From the human T2T-CHM13v2.0 reference genome, Homo sapiens: a stretch of DNA of 64,000 nucleotides. Position 1 is the stretch's first letter; every line of letters begins with the position of its first letter. A model generated the notes under the pieces. That model saw nothing but the letters and a program-made list of their open reading frames with translations. It was not told the DNA's origin and did no database searches. The translations under genes and the position numbers were made by a program. Below are positions 29,401-48,349 of the stretch, piece by piece. The stretch is taken from NCBI RefSeq assembly GCF_009914755.1, contig NC_060932.1; one strand, written 5' to 3'.

Positions 29401-30675
29401 GTCGGAGGCGCTAAACAGCATTTCTGTCTGTAACTGCTGCTTCAAGCACTGTTTGATCTGCTTGATCAAGTGGGCTAAGCAGCAGAGCATCTTGCCTGAC
29501 AGCCTGGACCTATTGCAGAGTTTCTCTTTGTTCTGGGCCCAGCTCAAAACTAGCAGCTCTTTGGGTCAGTGGGTAAATGGGCCAGAGTTATGCAACCAAA
29601 TGAGGAATATTTTGCCTTCAGAAATCCAAATGGACCTCTAAACATTGTGCCATTCTGTTGGTTGTGGGAGTGGCCAGATGCAACTTCTTCTTCCCCTTAG
29701 AAAGGATATCTTGACATGTCCCACACCACTGGACATGTAGAAATTTCACTGAGGTAGAAGGCACCTGAATTTTTGTCAGATTTATTTTCTACTTTTTGTC
29801 GTGCAAATATCTTGCCAGTGACAAGAATAGTTGCTGTTTCTTGCTCACTAGGTCTAATGAGCATAATGTTTTCAATGACTAGTGTGATATTTTGTGGAAG
29901 GAAAAGGTAATCAAGATCCCCAAAACTAAATTATGACATGGGGCTCCAGAGTTGATATTCTTCCTAAGTAGGACAGTGAAGGTGTATTGCTGGCCTTGCC
30001 AGCTGAAAGCAGCTGCTTCTGGTAGGCTGTGTGGATGGGTATAGGTAAAGGTTTTTTCAGATCACAGCTGCATACCATGTATTAGGGGATGTGTTAATTT
30101 GCTCAAACAATGAAATACATTTGGTATAGCAGCTTCAGTTGGAGTCACCACTTAGCTAAGCTTATAATAATCCACTATCATTCTCCAAGATCTGTCTGTC
30201 TTCTGCACAGGGCAAATAGGTGAATTGAATGGAGATGTGATGAGAGTCCCTGCCCCTGCATCTTTCAAGTCCTTGATGTTGACACGAATCTCTGCAATCC
30301 CTCCAGAGATGTGGTATTGCTTTTGGCTTACTATTTTCCTAGGTAGAGGCAGTTCTAGTGGGTTCCACCTGGCCTTTCTTACCATAATAACCATCACTCC
30401 ACAGGTCAGGGAACCAGTGTGGCAATTCTGCCAGCTGTTGAGTGTGTCTGTTTCAATTATGCATTCTGGAATTGTGGGAAAAAACCCACAAGGTGGGTTC
30501 AGGGACCCACTAGGCCTGCTGTGAGATGGACCTGAGGTAAAACTTCATCTATCACCTGACCTTCATAAGCCCCTACTCTGACTTCTTGACCACAGTGACA
30601 TTTTGGGTTTGCTCAATTATTTCAGATATAGGGTTCTGTGTTCCTGAAAGGTCGAATTTTTTTCTCAGTGCACAG

Positions 30676-31342
30676 TGTCTTAGTCTGATCAATTCTGTCT
30701 CAGTCTATTTTGTGCTATTATAACAAAATGCCACAGACCGGGTAATTAATAGTGAACAGAAATTTATTGGCTTCTGGAGGCTGGGAAGTCCAAGATAAAG
30801 GTGCTGCCATCTGATGAGGGTCGTTTTGCTGAGCCATCACATGACGGAAGGTGGATGGGCAAGAGACGAAGTGGGGCCAAACGCACCCTTTTATAACAAT
30901 ATTAATCTTATCCCAGAGGGCAGAGCCATCATGGACTAATCACCTCTTAAAGGTCCCACCTCTTAATGCTGTCACAATGGTAATTAAATTTCAACATGAA
31001 TTTTAGAGGGGACAGACATTTAAACCATATCTGGCTGCTCTAACAAGATATACTGTAGACTGTGTGGCTTAAATGGCAGACACTTATTTCTCAGAGTTCT
31101 GGAGGCTGGGAGTCTAAGATCAAAGTGCCAGTCAATTTGGTTCTTGGTGAGGGATCTCTCTTTTCTTCTTATAAGATCGCCAATCCCATCATAAGGGTCC
31201 CATCCTCATGATCCCACCTAACTCTGATTACCTCCCAAATGGCCCATCTCCAAATACCATCACTTTGGGGTTAGGGCTTCAACAGATGAATTATGGGATA
31301 CACAAACATTGAAGGGGTACACAAACGTTCAGTATATAACCA
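30676..31342 (-). mobile_element. Two nested MaLR LTRs (MST-like ~30697-31030 within MLT1A-like) inserted in the ERV-L
   Basis: Two copies of ttctggaggctggga(a)gtc.aagat.aa and two LTR termini. Confidence 0.75.
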
Positions 31343-32596
31343 TTGCCCTGGTAAAAGCCATAGGTCCCTTGGAAATGTCTGGGATAATGATTAATAGTAT
31401 AAATTTTTGGCATTGTATGGGAGGGTTCTTCCTTAAAGAAACTTACCCTGCCTTTAGTTGAGAGTTTCTGTTTCTGTAAACTGGCTCAACTCAAGGAATT
31501 GATTAAGAGGCTGTGACTTTCTGTTTTTATGATTCAAATTAGACTTTTGTTTACTTGGCCTAGAGTTTTCTTATTTGGTACAGGTCAAGTAAGACTATGG
31601 GAAGCTGCCTATCTTGCTTCTACTTAGACAGAAACAGTGTGATCAACTAGCCAATGCCGTAAGTTTTTACATGGGTCAGGTTATTCTGATTGCTGCTTTG
31701 ACTCTGCTCTCCATTATGGTAACCTTGGCTCTCCATTATGCCAACCTTGGCTCTCCATTATGCCCACCTTGCCTTTGGTGGTTGAATGTTGACACTTTCC
31801 TATCACCTAGAATCTGATACTTTCATTGCATTTAAGTTTCCCAACTCAGTGGCCATAGCTCCTACTATAAGGTCTGCCCTTTAGATAAGAGTGATCACAG
31901 AGCTTTTCAAGGATGCTAGGCCTCCCCTTACAAATTTATTTCTTACAGTCTTGGTGAAAGGTGTGTTTTCTGGATTCTTCCAGGGTGGGTAAATACATCT
32001 TAAGTGACAAATCGACTCAAACATTTTAGTCTCCCTCAGACTTTGAATCCCTTTCTCTGCATTAAACTGAGATAGGCCCTGCATTCCTGACTTGCTCACT
32101 GTGAGCTGCCTTTTGATTCACATTTCAGCCAACCAACCGAACAAACTGTTAGAGACCTTTCTAACTCCCTGAATGGCAACATTCAATGCAGACTGTCTGC
32201 TTCGTGAGTCCTCACCAATGAATTCATCCCAATCCAACTTTATGTTCCTCCCACCATTATCTCACGCCCTTAATATCCATTCCCACACATGTTCCCTGGA
32301 TTTCTGTCTGTGTAAATTAGAAAACTCAAGTAGTCTTGGAGTGTGGTGAACCTCCTCATGGGTTGTATTTAGTATTTCACCTTTAGGGGCATTTTCTATG
32401 ACTTGAGTCTAGTTATAGGTTTAGAACCAATGAGATATTTTGGAGGTGGATCCTGAGGGAAATTGGCATTATCTTGCATGGCAGCTGCCTCCAGGGAGGC
32501 TATTACAGTTTCCTCAGGCAATGCAGGGTTAGTCCCCTCAGATGTTGGAGACGCTGTTTCCACTGGCAAAGACGACTCATCAGAATTTAGAGGCTC

Positions 32597-32900
<304 letters not shown>

Positions 32901-34517
32901 TCAGTGTACCCAGCTTTATCAAAGTCTCCCCACATGTCCTCATTTCAACTTTCAAGATCCAGTTCCTTATTGATCAATAACCTCAATTTAACAGTAGATA
33001 CCCTACAAGGCTAGGAGTTCAATTTGCTTTCAGCCAGTCACAGGATAAGATTCTAGGTTTGATTTTCAACAATCTCAGCTCTGCAACTACCGGCGATATG
33101 GCTGTCCTTTAGGGCACACACAGAAAATTTCAGGTCACTTATATGGTGCTTGAACTAGGAATCCCTGCGCTTATCATCTTCTTTCCCTACTTTGTCCAGT
33201 AAAATAAGGAGCAACCAGGCAATCTCATACTGTTAGTATGAGAAAAATGTTTGAAGGCATCATATACATAGTTACCCAGATCCTTGCTTCTTGTAAATGT
33301 CTGATTAGGAGTCTCTAGTGTTGATATGTTTTTGGACTGCAATTACCATATCATGCCGTGAACTATCAGTGCTACGTTAACTTTTGGAAATAGAGTCATA
33401 AGTGTCTTTAAAAATCTAATCAGATTAGATAGCCCATTCTAGAAACCTTGGAATCAATTCAGAAAACTCATTCTCAAAGTTCTGTTCCTCTGGAACCACT
33501 GTTGGTCCAAAATCTGAATTAGTTAGACTGCAGAGAAACAATATCAATTGGATATATACATATTATATATATGTTTATTCATTTATTATAAGCAATTGGC
33601 TCATGCGATTATGGTAAGCAACTGAAAATCCCAGATTTGTAGGATGATTTGGCAAGATGGAGACACAGGAGAGATGATGGTTTAGTTCCAGTCCAGATTT
33701 GAAGGCCTGAGAACCAGGATTGCCAATAGTGTAATCAGTATTTATCCTGAGATCTTTCACCATAATCTGAAGGCGAATCATTGGCTCTCTCCCTTTTGAA
33801 TCTCCTGTTTGCATTTCCCATATTACCTTCTTTCTTTGTTTATTTCCTCCTTTCATGGAGCTTTCCTTTCGGTAGTTTCCTTAGATAAGGTGAATTAGAG
33901 GTAAATTTTTTGAGATCCTGCAAGTGTGAAAATGGTTTTATTTGGACTAAATACTTGATTGATGGGGATGGAAATCATTTTCTGTCACAGTTTTGAAGGC
34001 ATTGCTTTATTGTCTTCCAGTTTACAGAGTTGCTGTTGGAAAGTCTGAAGCCATTCTGATTTTTATACCTAGCTTTTCCCTCACCCCCTCTGAAAAAGCT
34101 TGGAGAATGACCTCTTCAAGGTGATATGCCTTGATGTGGGTTTGTTTTTATTCACCGTGCTATGTAATTGGTGGGTACATTCAATCTGGGAACTCATTTT
34201 TTTTAGTTCTGGAAATTTCTTCCCTTTCATTTTTTTGGTGTGATTTCTTTTCCTGGATCACATATTATTTGGATATTGGATTTACTAGATTTCCTTGGAT
34301 TTTGGATTTCCTGGATTTTCTTATCTTTCCTGTCTTTTTATCTGTGTTTTTTTTTGTTTTTTTTTTTTGACCTACTTTCTGAGCAACTTCTTCAACTTTA
34401 TCTTCTAACTCTTTTATTGCGGTTTTCATTTCAGGCACTATGATTTTAGTTTTCAGAAACTCTTTTATATTCTCTGAGTTTTTTTCCCACTTATTTTTAA
34501 GAAATAATCTATTCTTG

Positions 34518-34841
<324 letters not shown>

Positions 34842-34892
34842 TTATTTCATGCACGAAACATCTCTCATGTTTGTCAGTATGTTAATGATAAT

Positions 34893-37251
<2,359 letters not shown>

Positions 37252-37537
37252 TTACCTTTTTTCTTTGTTTGAGTTTCCATCTTTCACATTAGCCATGTTC
37301 CTCAGCTCTCCCATAGTCCCTGGTCCAAAGGAGGGGAATAAGAAGCAGAGAGGTCACTCTAGGCTCATGGGGGAGGCTTGTTAACTGAAAGCTTTCCTAT
37401 AGGATGATACAGCTGAACTTTTTAATTAGGGAAATGGAAAATCCACATCTTTAGGTTTTTTTCCTCTTGGGCTTGTTAAGATTCCCTTGTGAAGACCTTA
37501 TCTATCTGCATCCTGGAGGGCCAAGTCCTAGCTGTCA

Positions 37538-37959
<422 letters not shown>

Positions 37960-39089
37960 TTAGAAGAGTTTCTGTGCCTGTTACTGTGCCTGGTATCTCT
38001 TGAGTCCTGGAACCTTGTGTTCTACTCTCTCCAGAAAATAAACCTCCAGTGTTTTGCCAGGGTAGAGAAGAGACAGTCACTTGGCTTCACAAAGATGGTA
38101 GGTGACTTGTGGGCCAAACTGCTTCTTAAGCAGATTTAAAATTTTTCCTCTTTATTCCTGCCACCTGCCCCTCCTTATTCTCTATAGCCAGAGGTACCTA
38201 TTACTACCAGTTTCTTATCTCCGAGGAATTCTACGGTGTAAAAAGGGTTGATCTCAGTTTTTTCTGTTGCCACTTTAAGATTCAGTTTTCTGAGATACAT
38301 TGAGTCATTTATTACTTCACCAATTTCTTTTCGGCTTCTAAGTTTTGTGCAGTCTCCTTTCCCAGTTCCATTGTCTGTGGGTTTATGAATTAAAAAAAAA
38401 AAACTACTTTCTGTGGGATTTTAGGAGGGAGGGAAAATACGTGCATGTATTCAGACTTCTTACCTGAAGTTTGTTGATGGCTTCTGATTTTAAAGATAAG
38501 TCAATTCTGGTGTTATAGGTCTAGTTTTCATTCCTTTGAACATTTGAACATGTGGAGAATAAGGATTTAAAAGTCCTTCACTAGCTCATGCATTCTCAAA
38601 TTCCTTATATTTTTAGTAAACACCAAATAAATATTTATCAAATAAGTGAAGAACTTGAGAGCTAACATAAGAGAAGGTATTGACGCTTACTATCAAATTT
38701 GGCCCTTAAAAAACCTTATGAGGAAGGCAGGGCTCAGAGAGCTAAATGGTTTGCCTGAGGTCACACAACAGAAAGCAGCAAAACCATGATCTCATCCACC
38801 GTGAGCATGGTGAGCTGATGAAGACTTACTGCTAGAATTTATCAAAGACATTGTTAAAGGAAAATAACTTACATTGGTTTACTTCTTAAATGGAAATAGG
38901 ACATATTGAAATATTGAATATACAAATAAGCAAAAGGTAGAAAATAAATATTTCCTCTACTGTCAATATTCTGGATAAGTAACTGTTGAAAATTTCATGA
39001 ATATCTTTCACTTATTTTTTGTGCATATGAGTGTATAATATACAAAAATGGTATCATATTGACATACTGCTTTAAAACCTGCTGCCTTT

Positions 39090-39317
39090 CAGCCTGGGCT
39101 GCATAGCAAGACCTTGTCTCACTAAAAAAAAAAAAAAAAAAAAAAAATTAGTCAAGTGTGGTGGTGCATGCCTGCATTTCCATCTACTTAGGAGGCTAAG
39201 GCAGGAGGATCACTTTAGCCTGTGAGGTAAAGGCTGCAGTGAGCTATGACCTTGCCACTGCATTCTAGCCTGGGCAACAGAATGAGACTCTGTCTCAAAA
39301 AAAAAAAAAAAAAAAAA
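39090..39317 (+). mobile_element. 5'-truncated AluJ
   Basis: Starts at cagcctggg; expanded middle A-linker; A tail. Confidence 0.88.
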
Positions 39318-39704
39318 GCTAAAATGTAACTGCCCGTTTTCAATACTAACAATAAATTGTGAATACTTTTCCATGTTAACCATTTTTCTACAACATTGTG
39401 TTAATGATATACTATAATTTATTTAAACAGTCAACAGTGTTAGCAGTAAACATCTGTATGGTTTAGTTGTGGCCTCCATTTATCCTTCTGGATAAATTTC
39501 CAGAAGCAGGATTCCTGTATTAAAGGCTTCTAAGACATTTCCACATAATCTCCAGAAATATATACCACTTTTTACCTTCATTTGCTATACGTGACTGTTC
39601 ATTCCTTCATATGTTTCCAACATCAAGTATTTCCATTTTTAAAACTTTGCCAATTGAATAGCCACAAAACATATTTTTATTATTTAAAAATATGCATTTT
39701 GCAA

Positions 39705-39919
39705 CATAGGCAACATAGCAAGACCCCATCTCTACAAAAATAAAAACAAAAATTAGCCAAGCATGGTGGCGTGTACCTGTAGTTCTAGCTGTTTGGGAGG
39801 CTGAGGTGGGAGGATTGCTTGAGACCAAGAGTTCAAGGTTACAGTAAGCTATGAACGTGCCACTGCACTCCAGCCTGGGTGACAGAGTGAGATCCTGTCT
39901 CTTAAAAAAAAAAAAAAAA
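39705..39919 (+). mobile_element. 5'-truncated AluJ
   Basis: gcaacatagcaagacccc...gaggattgcttgag...A tail. Confidence 0.88.
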
Positions 39920-40441
39920 GGGAAAGCAAGAATAGATTGTTACTTTGTCATCTGTCGTCAGTGTTTGTCAATGTATTTAATTAGTAGGGACATCTAAACC
40001 AAGCATCCATATATGATAAATGAAAAAAACAAAAGTATTAGCTGGCAGTGTTTTCTCCAACCCTTCCTAGCTGATCTAACCAGTGGTGCAGTTGGTTTAT
40101 ATGTGAGAGCAATGAGAATGAATATGCTGCAAATGGTACTATACTGTGCATGGTTTTTAATTTACTTATAATCTATTATTTAATAGTGTTTCTTTTAGGG
40201 CTTGAGTTTGAATTCAGGCTAACTTTTAAGTACAACTTAAGATTTATTTTTACATTTTGTCATTACATATGAAATGTGGAACAAAAATGTATCATGTGTG
40301 AGGCAGGAAAGGTTTTCCACGGTGTTGAGGGGTATTGAGGCTGTTCATCCAGGTGTTTAGACTGTTGTAGGGAATACTTTTATTTCAAAAGCTAAATTGC
40401 CATAACTTTTTTTTTCTTTTTTTAAATGTTTAATGTTACAG

Positions 40442-40547
40442 AAGCCAAGGCTGCCCCCAAAGATTGTTTCATTGAAGTGAATTCTAAAGGTGACAGATTT
40501 GGCAATTGTGGTTTCTCTGGCAATGAATACAAGAAGTGTGCCACTGG
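40442..40547 (+). CDS. ADAM9: ADAM9 coding exon (~exon 15, 106 nt): Cys-rich domain
   Basis: gttacag|AA GCC ... ACT GG|gtaagt. Encodes (K)AKAAPKDCFIEVNSKGDRFGNCGFSGNEYKKCAT(G); phases match both neighbours. Confidence 0.96.
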
Positions 40548-40589
40548 GTAAGTGGAGGTGCGGTCATAATGGAATATGAAAGATTATAA

Positions 40590-40907
<318 letters not shown>

Positions 40908-43004
40908 GTCTCTAGTATCTTTTACAACTGCTCTCTGTGACCGCTGATTTTCTCCCCCTTAAATACCTAACTTTTCAAACATTTTACAATGCAAAGCTTC
41001 AGAGAGACTCTGGTGTTAGGAAAAGAACTGGTAACATAATTTGTCCCTTTAGACATCAACTACAATCTAGTGGTTTTTAGACTCTTATTTTGTTTATCCT
41101 TGATTTATAATAAGAACCCCAACTAAACACCATTTTCATTTTCCTTTCCATAAAAGATTATGTTACTAAGTCCCTAGATAAAGGTACCTGCAGAAGAAAC
41201 TCTGAACTTCATTATTTTCTTCTAGCTTTGTATAATTTCAAGATGATGAATTTAAAATATTTTATATTTCTACAATTAACATTTGCTTTTTGTAAAACAT
41301 TAATAATGAAACATTACAAAGGAGGAAAAAGTCATGTATAATCTCAATCCATATATGTTCACTAATATCAGTGAAATTATTTTCTTCTTCACACTAACAT
41401 TTTACATAGTTGGAATTATTCTGTAATATTATCATTGCTTCTACCCATTCTACCTCCTATGCTATCAGTTAAGCTAAGCAACTACAGTAAAACAGTGCTT
41501 GCTAAGAAGAAATAGCAACAAAGACCCCCATGTCACTCAATCTGACAGTCGTTTTTAGGTCTTCATACAATAGTACTTGACCTGTCAGTAGCATTCAATT
41601 ATGCTGGCCATTTTCTCCTTCTTGAAGAAACCTCTTTTTTTTTGGTGATTGTGTAGGGTGTTCTTCTTCTCCCCTGACCCCATGTGATTTCGTTTACTTC
41701 CGTGGCTTCATTTGCCTCCTCTCTGAGAAGCTCCAGCCCTGCTGGCCTGCATGTGGCCTGCGGCCACAGGGCTCTGCACCTGCTGTTCCCTCTGTTCAGC
41801 ATGCTGTCTTTCCCCCTCTCAGCCTGCTCAGTTCTTCGTCCTCCAGATCTCAGGTGAAGTGTGGTTTCCTTACAGAAGACTTCTTCCACTTCCTCAACAG
41901 GACCAGCTCTCCCTCTGACAGGTGTTCTTGATGCTGTTTGCTTCTTTTTCATAGAATTTGATATGTTTTCATTATTTTTTAGTTCATAGTATTTTCTAAT
42001 TTACACTGATTTTTTTCCTTTGACTCGTGTTATTGAAAGCCTATTGCTTAATTCCCGAGTAGTTGGGAATATACTGGTTATCTGTTTGGTTTTGATGTCT
42101 AGTTCAATTCCATTGAGAACACATTCTATATGATTTCACTTTTTTGGAATTTGAGATGTGCATTATTCAGTTACACTTGGAACATTCATCCATACAGACT
42201 AATATGTGGGCCAGCCTCTTAATACCAGACCAATATATGGTCTGTATGGGTAAATGTTCCATGTATAATTGAAAGAAAAAGTATATTCTGCAGTTGTTAG
42301 AGATGTTATTCTATAAATGTCAAGTTAATAGTCTTATTCAAATATTTCATATCTATGGTGTACGTGTGTTATATCTGTTCCTTCAATTTCTGAGAGAGGT
42401 GTGTTGAAGTCTCCAGTTATGATTGTGGATTTGTCTATTTATCTTTTTAGGTATGTAAATTTTTGCTGTGTATGTTTTAAATTTGTTACTAGGTGCATAC
42501 ACAATTAGGATTGTTATGCCCTCCTGATGACTTGGAGGGCATTAGCAAATTTATCATTAGCAAATTCTTTTCATTTCTGGAATATTCTTTTGAAGTATTT
42601 GTCAGTTTCATTAATTATGTAGCTCTTTTGTTATCGCTGTTCCTCACTAAACTGTAAGGTTCAGTGACACATTTTATCTTGCATTTAGCATAATGCTTGG
42701 AGGAAACATAATAAATGACTATTAAACATTGAATGAATGAAGGTACAGATGATATGGATGAAGAATGAATGGGTGGAGAATTAATATAACCGATTGAATG
42801 AACTGATTTAAAATCTAGGGATAAGTGGATTAATGCAGACTTGGAAAGAATTTGCTGGACATATACCATATTCTTGTCTTTAGCCTTGTCTTGTTTCATA
42901 TTTTTATGAATATCTTATTGAAAATAGCAACTATACTTATCAAACTTTAAAATTACTGAGTCATTTAGGAAGCATTTTATGTAATAGTAGTATACAAACA
43001 ATAT

Positions 43005-43240
43005 AGTCATTAAGAATATACATTTGAAGTTAGACTCTTTGGATTTGAATCCTTGTTCAATCACTTAACATCTCTGAGTCTTTGGACAAATTACTTCACA
43101 TACATACCTCATTTTTCTGTTCTGTAAAATGGGGATAATAATGGCACCTGTTTCCAAGTGTTGTTTTGAACTGAATGAGTTAATGGGTGTTAGTACTAAG
43201 AGGAATATCTGGTTCATTGTCACATTCATCATCATCATCA
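43005..43240 (+). mobile_element. MIR
   Basis: MIR core cctcatttttctgttctgtaaaatggggataataatggcacct. Confidence 0.8.
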
Positions 43241-44046
43241 CTATTTTTGTTGTCATCCTCCTTGGAGAATGTGTAAAATCTGGAAAAGTCTTTTCTACCC
43301 ATTGAAACTACCAAAAACATCTAGAAACATTTAAAGAAAGGATTCACATATGGTCCTACCATCCAGAGATATTTCCTTAAGTTTTTGTTGTATTTCTTTT
43401 TTATGTGTATATACATTTATAAACATAAGCCAAATGTTTCCTTTCACTAAAAGGGTTATCTTTTAGTACATAGACAATGTCATTTTTTCAAGCATTATAA
43501 AAAAGAAATTCCAAATATACAGAGGAGTAGAAAGAATAGTGTGATGAACACCAATATATCCCAGACCAAGACATTATTAATGCCTTATCATTATTTGCTT
43601 CATCAAGATTTTGCTGAACCATTTTAAGTAAATTATAGACATGATACTTTACTCCTAAATTCCTCAGCATCCGTCTTCAACAAATAAGGCCATTCACATG
43701 ATCACATCACACCTAACAAAATGAATGATTTCCTAATATCATCTAGTATCTGATCAATATTAGTATTTCCATAAGTGTCCTCAAACTGTCTTTTATAGCC
43801 GGCATTTTCCAACATCCGGACTCAATCAAGGATCACACATTGCATTTAGTTGTTATGTCACTTAAGTCACTTTTAATCCAGAATACCTTTTAGACTGATT
43901 TTTTTTCTTTTCAGTGACATTGATTTATGGAAATGGCTGGGCCAGTGGGCTCATGTTCTGGATTTGTTTTAGTTTCCTTTTGGTGTTGCTTAACTTATGT
44001 CTCTATCATCCGAATTTTATTTAAATCAGAAGTTAAGCCCAAAATC

Positions 44047-44350
<304 letters not shown>

Positions 44351-45109
44351 TAAGCCCAAAATCTTAATTGAATTCAGGTTAAATATTTTTGGCGAGAATG
44401 TTCATAAGCAATGCATTATATCAAGGAGTCACTTAGTGCTGGGTAGTCTTATTAATATTAGTGATACTAAGTGGCAATGACCAGATCTTGCTATTGTGGA
44501 GTTATGCTTTTTAAAATTGCAGCTGTCAGGTAATATGTGGAGTGATGAGTTTGTGCCATATGAATATCCAGTTCCTGACCAGTGTTTCACTTTATGGATG
44601 ATCCTTGCCTGAAGCAATTATTTTACTGAGGGTTGTAACTGAATTTTGTTTCTGTTAGTATTATTCAACAGTGAATGAGCATCTCAGTTTTGTTGGCTGT
44701 TTACATTTCTTATTTTATGAGCTGCCTGTTTACATCTTTGCTAATTTTTCTGTTGAAGTGATTTTCTTTGTCTTAATGATTTGTAACAGCTTTTTATATT
44801 CTAAGAGTATTTTCCTTTACTTTTTAATGTATCACCAAGCCTATGTATGAAATACTGAGTATATCATAGCAATGTGAATTTTGGTAGGCCCCAACAGATC
44901 TTAACTGAGGTCTACTTTATGCTACACTTTGTTTTTGAGGTTTTCATATCTAATTTCAGCTAATTATGTGAGATAGGCATCATTTATCTCATTTTTTTCA
45001 GCTGAAGAAACTGAAGCTCAGAAAATGTAAGCACTTCTCTCAGGTCAGCTAGCAAATAAATGGTGACATAAGAATAAATGTAAAGTTGGGACAAAATTAT
45101 TAACTCTTA

Positions 45110-45710
45110 AATGCAGGATGAAGGGAAGATGAAGACTTAATAGCAGCACAACAAAAATTAGGAGTTTTAGTGATATATTCAAGGACATCAATAATATAAT
45201 GTAGTTATAAAAGCTATTGTAATCTTGAACTTAATAGAAGTACAGTATCTAGAATAAACAAGAGCTCCATTTTTTTCTTTGCTCACCAGGCTGTCACTGA
45301 AATTTCATGCTCCATTCTGAGCACTATGCTTCAAGAGGCAGTGAGGCAAACTGGAACATATTTAGGAGGGAGCGTCCTTGTTGCATGAAAAGTGATTGTA
45401 GGATAGTGACCTGGTGAAGTAAGTATTTAGGAGCTGCATAATAATTGTCCTAAAATAGCTGCTGTGTGAAAGAAGGAAAAGATATCTGTGTAGTCTCATG
45501 GGGAAGATCTGGGACCAATGAGGATAAATGCTTTACAGATGTAGATTTTTACCTAATAAGCAGAAAGAAGAACGTGATGGGAGCTAGAATGGGCAGTTTC
45601 AGGAGGGTGTAAATTAGAGATATTGGGAAAATATATCCTATGATGACTGGGCAGTGATATCATAGAGAAGATTCAGATATAGAGTAGGTGCTTGGATCAG
45701 ATGACAATCA
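45110..45710 (+). mobile_element. L3/CR1 LINE 3' remnant
   Basis: ttaatagaagtacagtatctaga...ttctgagcactatgcttcaagagg...caaactggaaca resembles the L3 consensus; very diverged. Confidence 0.55.
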
Positions 45711-46370
45711 GTTAAACAGGAAATCTCAGTACAGCATCATAAGAGTTATTGTTGGAAATACCTAGAGTGTTATGAAAGGATATAGGAAGGGCATTTAATT
45801 CACACAGCCTTGGCAATAAGAATTATGGTCAGGGAAGCCTTCATAGAGTTCTGATATTTAATTAATGAATTAACGAGTTAATGAATTGATTCTTTAAATA
45901 AGTAACCAAGAGTTAGCCAGGAAAAGAGGGGTGGAATCCTTTCTTAGTTATTTTGCATTATAGAATCTAATTTCTTCTTTATCATAACTCTGTAAGAAGA
46001 CATAATTGAATTTTGATATTGCTATATTATTTTCTGTATAATAGAATTTATAAAATTATACTTAGAAACAACTTTATTAGTTAGGCTGTTGAGCTCTAGA
46101 CAGACAGTGAAGAAGATTAAGTGTGGTAAAAGAAGAAGCATCAGCACCAGCTGGTGCCCTAATTTGCATCTTAGCATCCACTTAACTCTTTTTTCGCCTT
46201 TTCTGCCGTATTTAAAGAGAGCTACTTTGACCTCTCTTGCTCTCATACACTTTCTCTGTTGAGATTCCCTCCATAGCAGCAAACTCTGTCCATATGCAAA
46301 TATATAAATTTTTTCTTTTGTTATGTATACTGGATGCATTTTATGTTGCATTATTTCTCTCTCTTTATAG

Positions 46371-46554
46371 GAATGCTTTGTGTGGAAAGCTTCAGTGTGA
46401 GAATGTACAAGAGATACCTGTATTTGGAATTGTGCCTGCTATTATTCAAACGCCTAGTCGAGGCACCAAATGTTGGGGTGTGGATTTCCAGCTAGGATCA
46501 GATGTTCCAGATCCTGGGATGGTTAACGAAGGCACAAAATGTGGTGCTGGAAAG
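46371..46554 (+). CDS. ADAM9: ADAM9 coding exon (~exon 16, 184 nt): Cys-rich domain
   Basis: ctttatag|G AAT ... GGA AAG|gtaatc. Encodes NALCGKLQCENVQEIPVFGIVPAIIQTPSRGTKCWGVDFQLGSDVPDPGMVNEGTKCGAGK. Confidence 0.97.
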
Positions 46555-47641
46555 GTAATCAAAATATTTTTTATTTACAAAGTAAAATGAAAAAAATTAA
46601 AAAAATTATTATACATAGTAAGTGGTTGCTCTTTTCTGATTGTAAAAGTAATCTAAATTCATTATAGAAATTTTAGAAAATACAAAGCCACCAAAAGAAA
46701 ATTAAGAACTATAATTCTGTTATCCACATTTCCTTACTGGGGTCAGATAACCAGTGTTTTCCACTTTGCAATATACTGTGCATGGTTCCCTCCCCTACTG
46801 ATATGCTACAATTTATTAGCCAGTTTGCTATTACTGGGACACTTTGGCGATGTCCTGAATTTCAGGGTGTGTGTCTGTGTACTAGAAATGTCATGGAGCT
46901 TGTCCTGCCCATGTTCCTGACCACCTGAGCTCTGCTGTTTGGATTAGATAGAAGGCCAGAGTCAGTCAGCCCATGACTTATTACTAGTGGTTTCATATGA
47001 GAAGATGCCCTGGGCCAAATTCCTTTTTTTGGAGAATATAAAATTAAGGAGGGTAATTAAGAGTGCGGGCAGAAACTGTAAGAATTCGTTGGGAGATGCT
47101 GTGAAGTAGGAGCTGGGGTAGAAGGGATGTGGCAGCCTTAAGCCATATACAAGAGATATGAGGGAGCAGGATTGTTGAGTAAGTTGAAGAAACCAACTCA
47201 GAGGAGAGAGAGAAGGAGAATATATGATTGACTGATTAGCCCATGAAAAAGACAGGTGGGTGGGCCTTCAAGTTACTTCACTTTCTCCCAAGTTTTCAGT
47301 TCCAATTCTGTTTCTCACTTCTCTTTACAAGAAGATCCATATATTTTTGGTCCTGTCCTTGCAACTAAATAAACTTGATCGTTGCAGCTGTTATAAACAA
47401 TGATAAGAGATATATACATTTAAGTTTTTGATAGTGCAATTTCCCTTTCAATAAGGTGGTAACAATCTATATCCCAGCCTAGGCAGCAGAGGAAGACTCT
47501 GTCTCAAAAAAAAAAAAAAAAATTGTGCTGAAAGGCTCATGACAAAAACAACTCTCTGACATGCTCTTATCTAATCTGCCAGTCTAGACGCCTAGAAGCA
47601 ACTGTGGTTACTTCTGTTAATTACCTCCCTATTTTAAATTA

Positions 47642-47976
<335 letters not shown>

Positions 47977-48349
47977 CTATTTTAGACATTATCCACTAGT
48001 TTTATTTTTGATAGATAAGAATTCAATTTTCTTATGCAAATCCCAGTTTCCCTGCTGTACCTTTTCAAAATAAGTGCTTAATATTTACATAATTAATATT
48101 GGGGTGTTATTGAATGAGTCCACAACATCTCACTGTTCACTGGGCATATTCCAGACGAGGTGAGAGAAAACAGGGGAGGCTAAACAATTGGAGATCAAAG
48201 GATCATTTTTATTAGGAAGAAAGCATGTAACATGACTTAAGTAGATAGCAAAAATGGGCTTCCTAATGCTGCCCTACACAGTTAAACTTACCTGTCCAGC
48301 CTTACCTGCGAAGTTTAACTGCATGGTTGAAAGGGCAGACCAGAATGCA

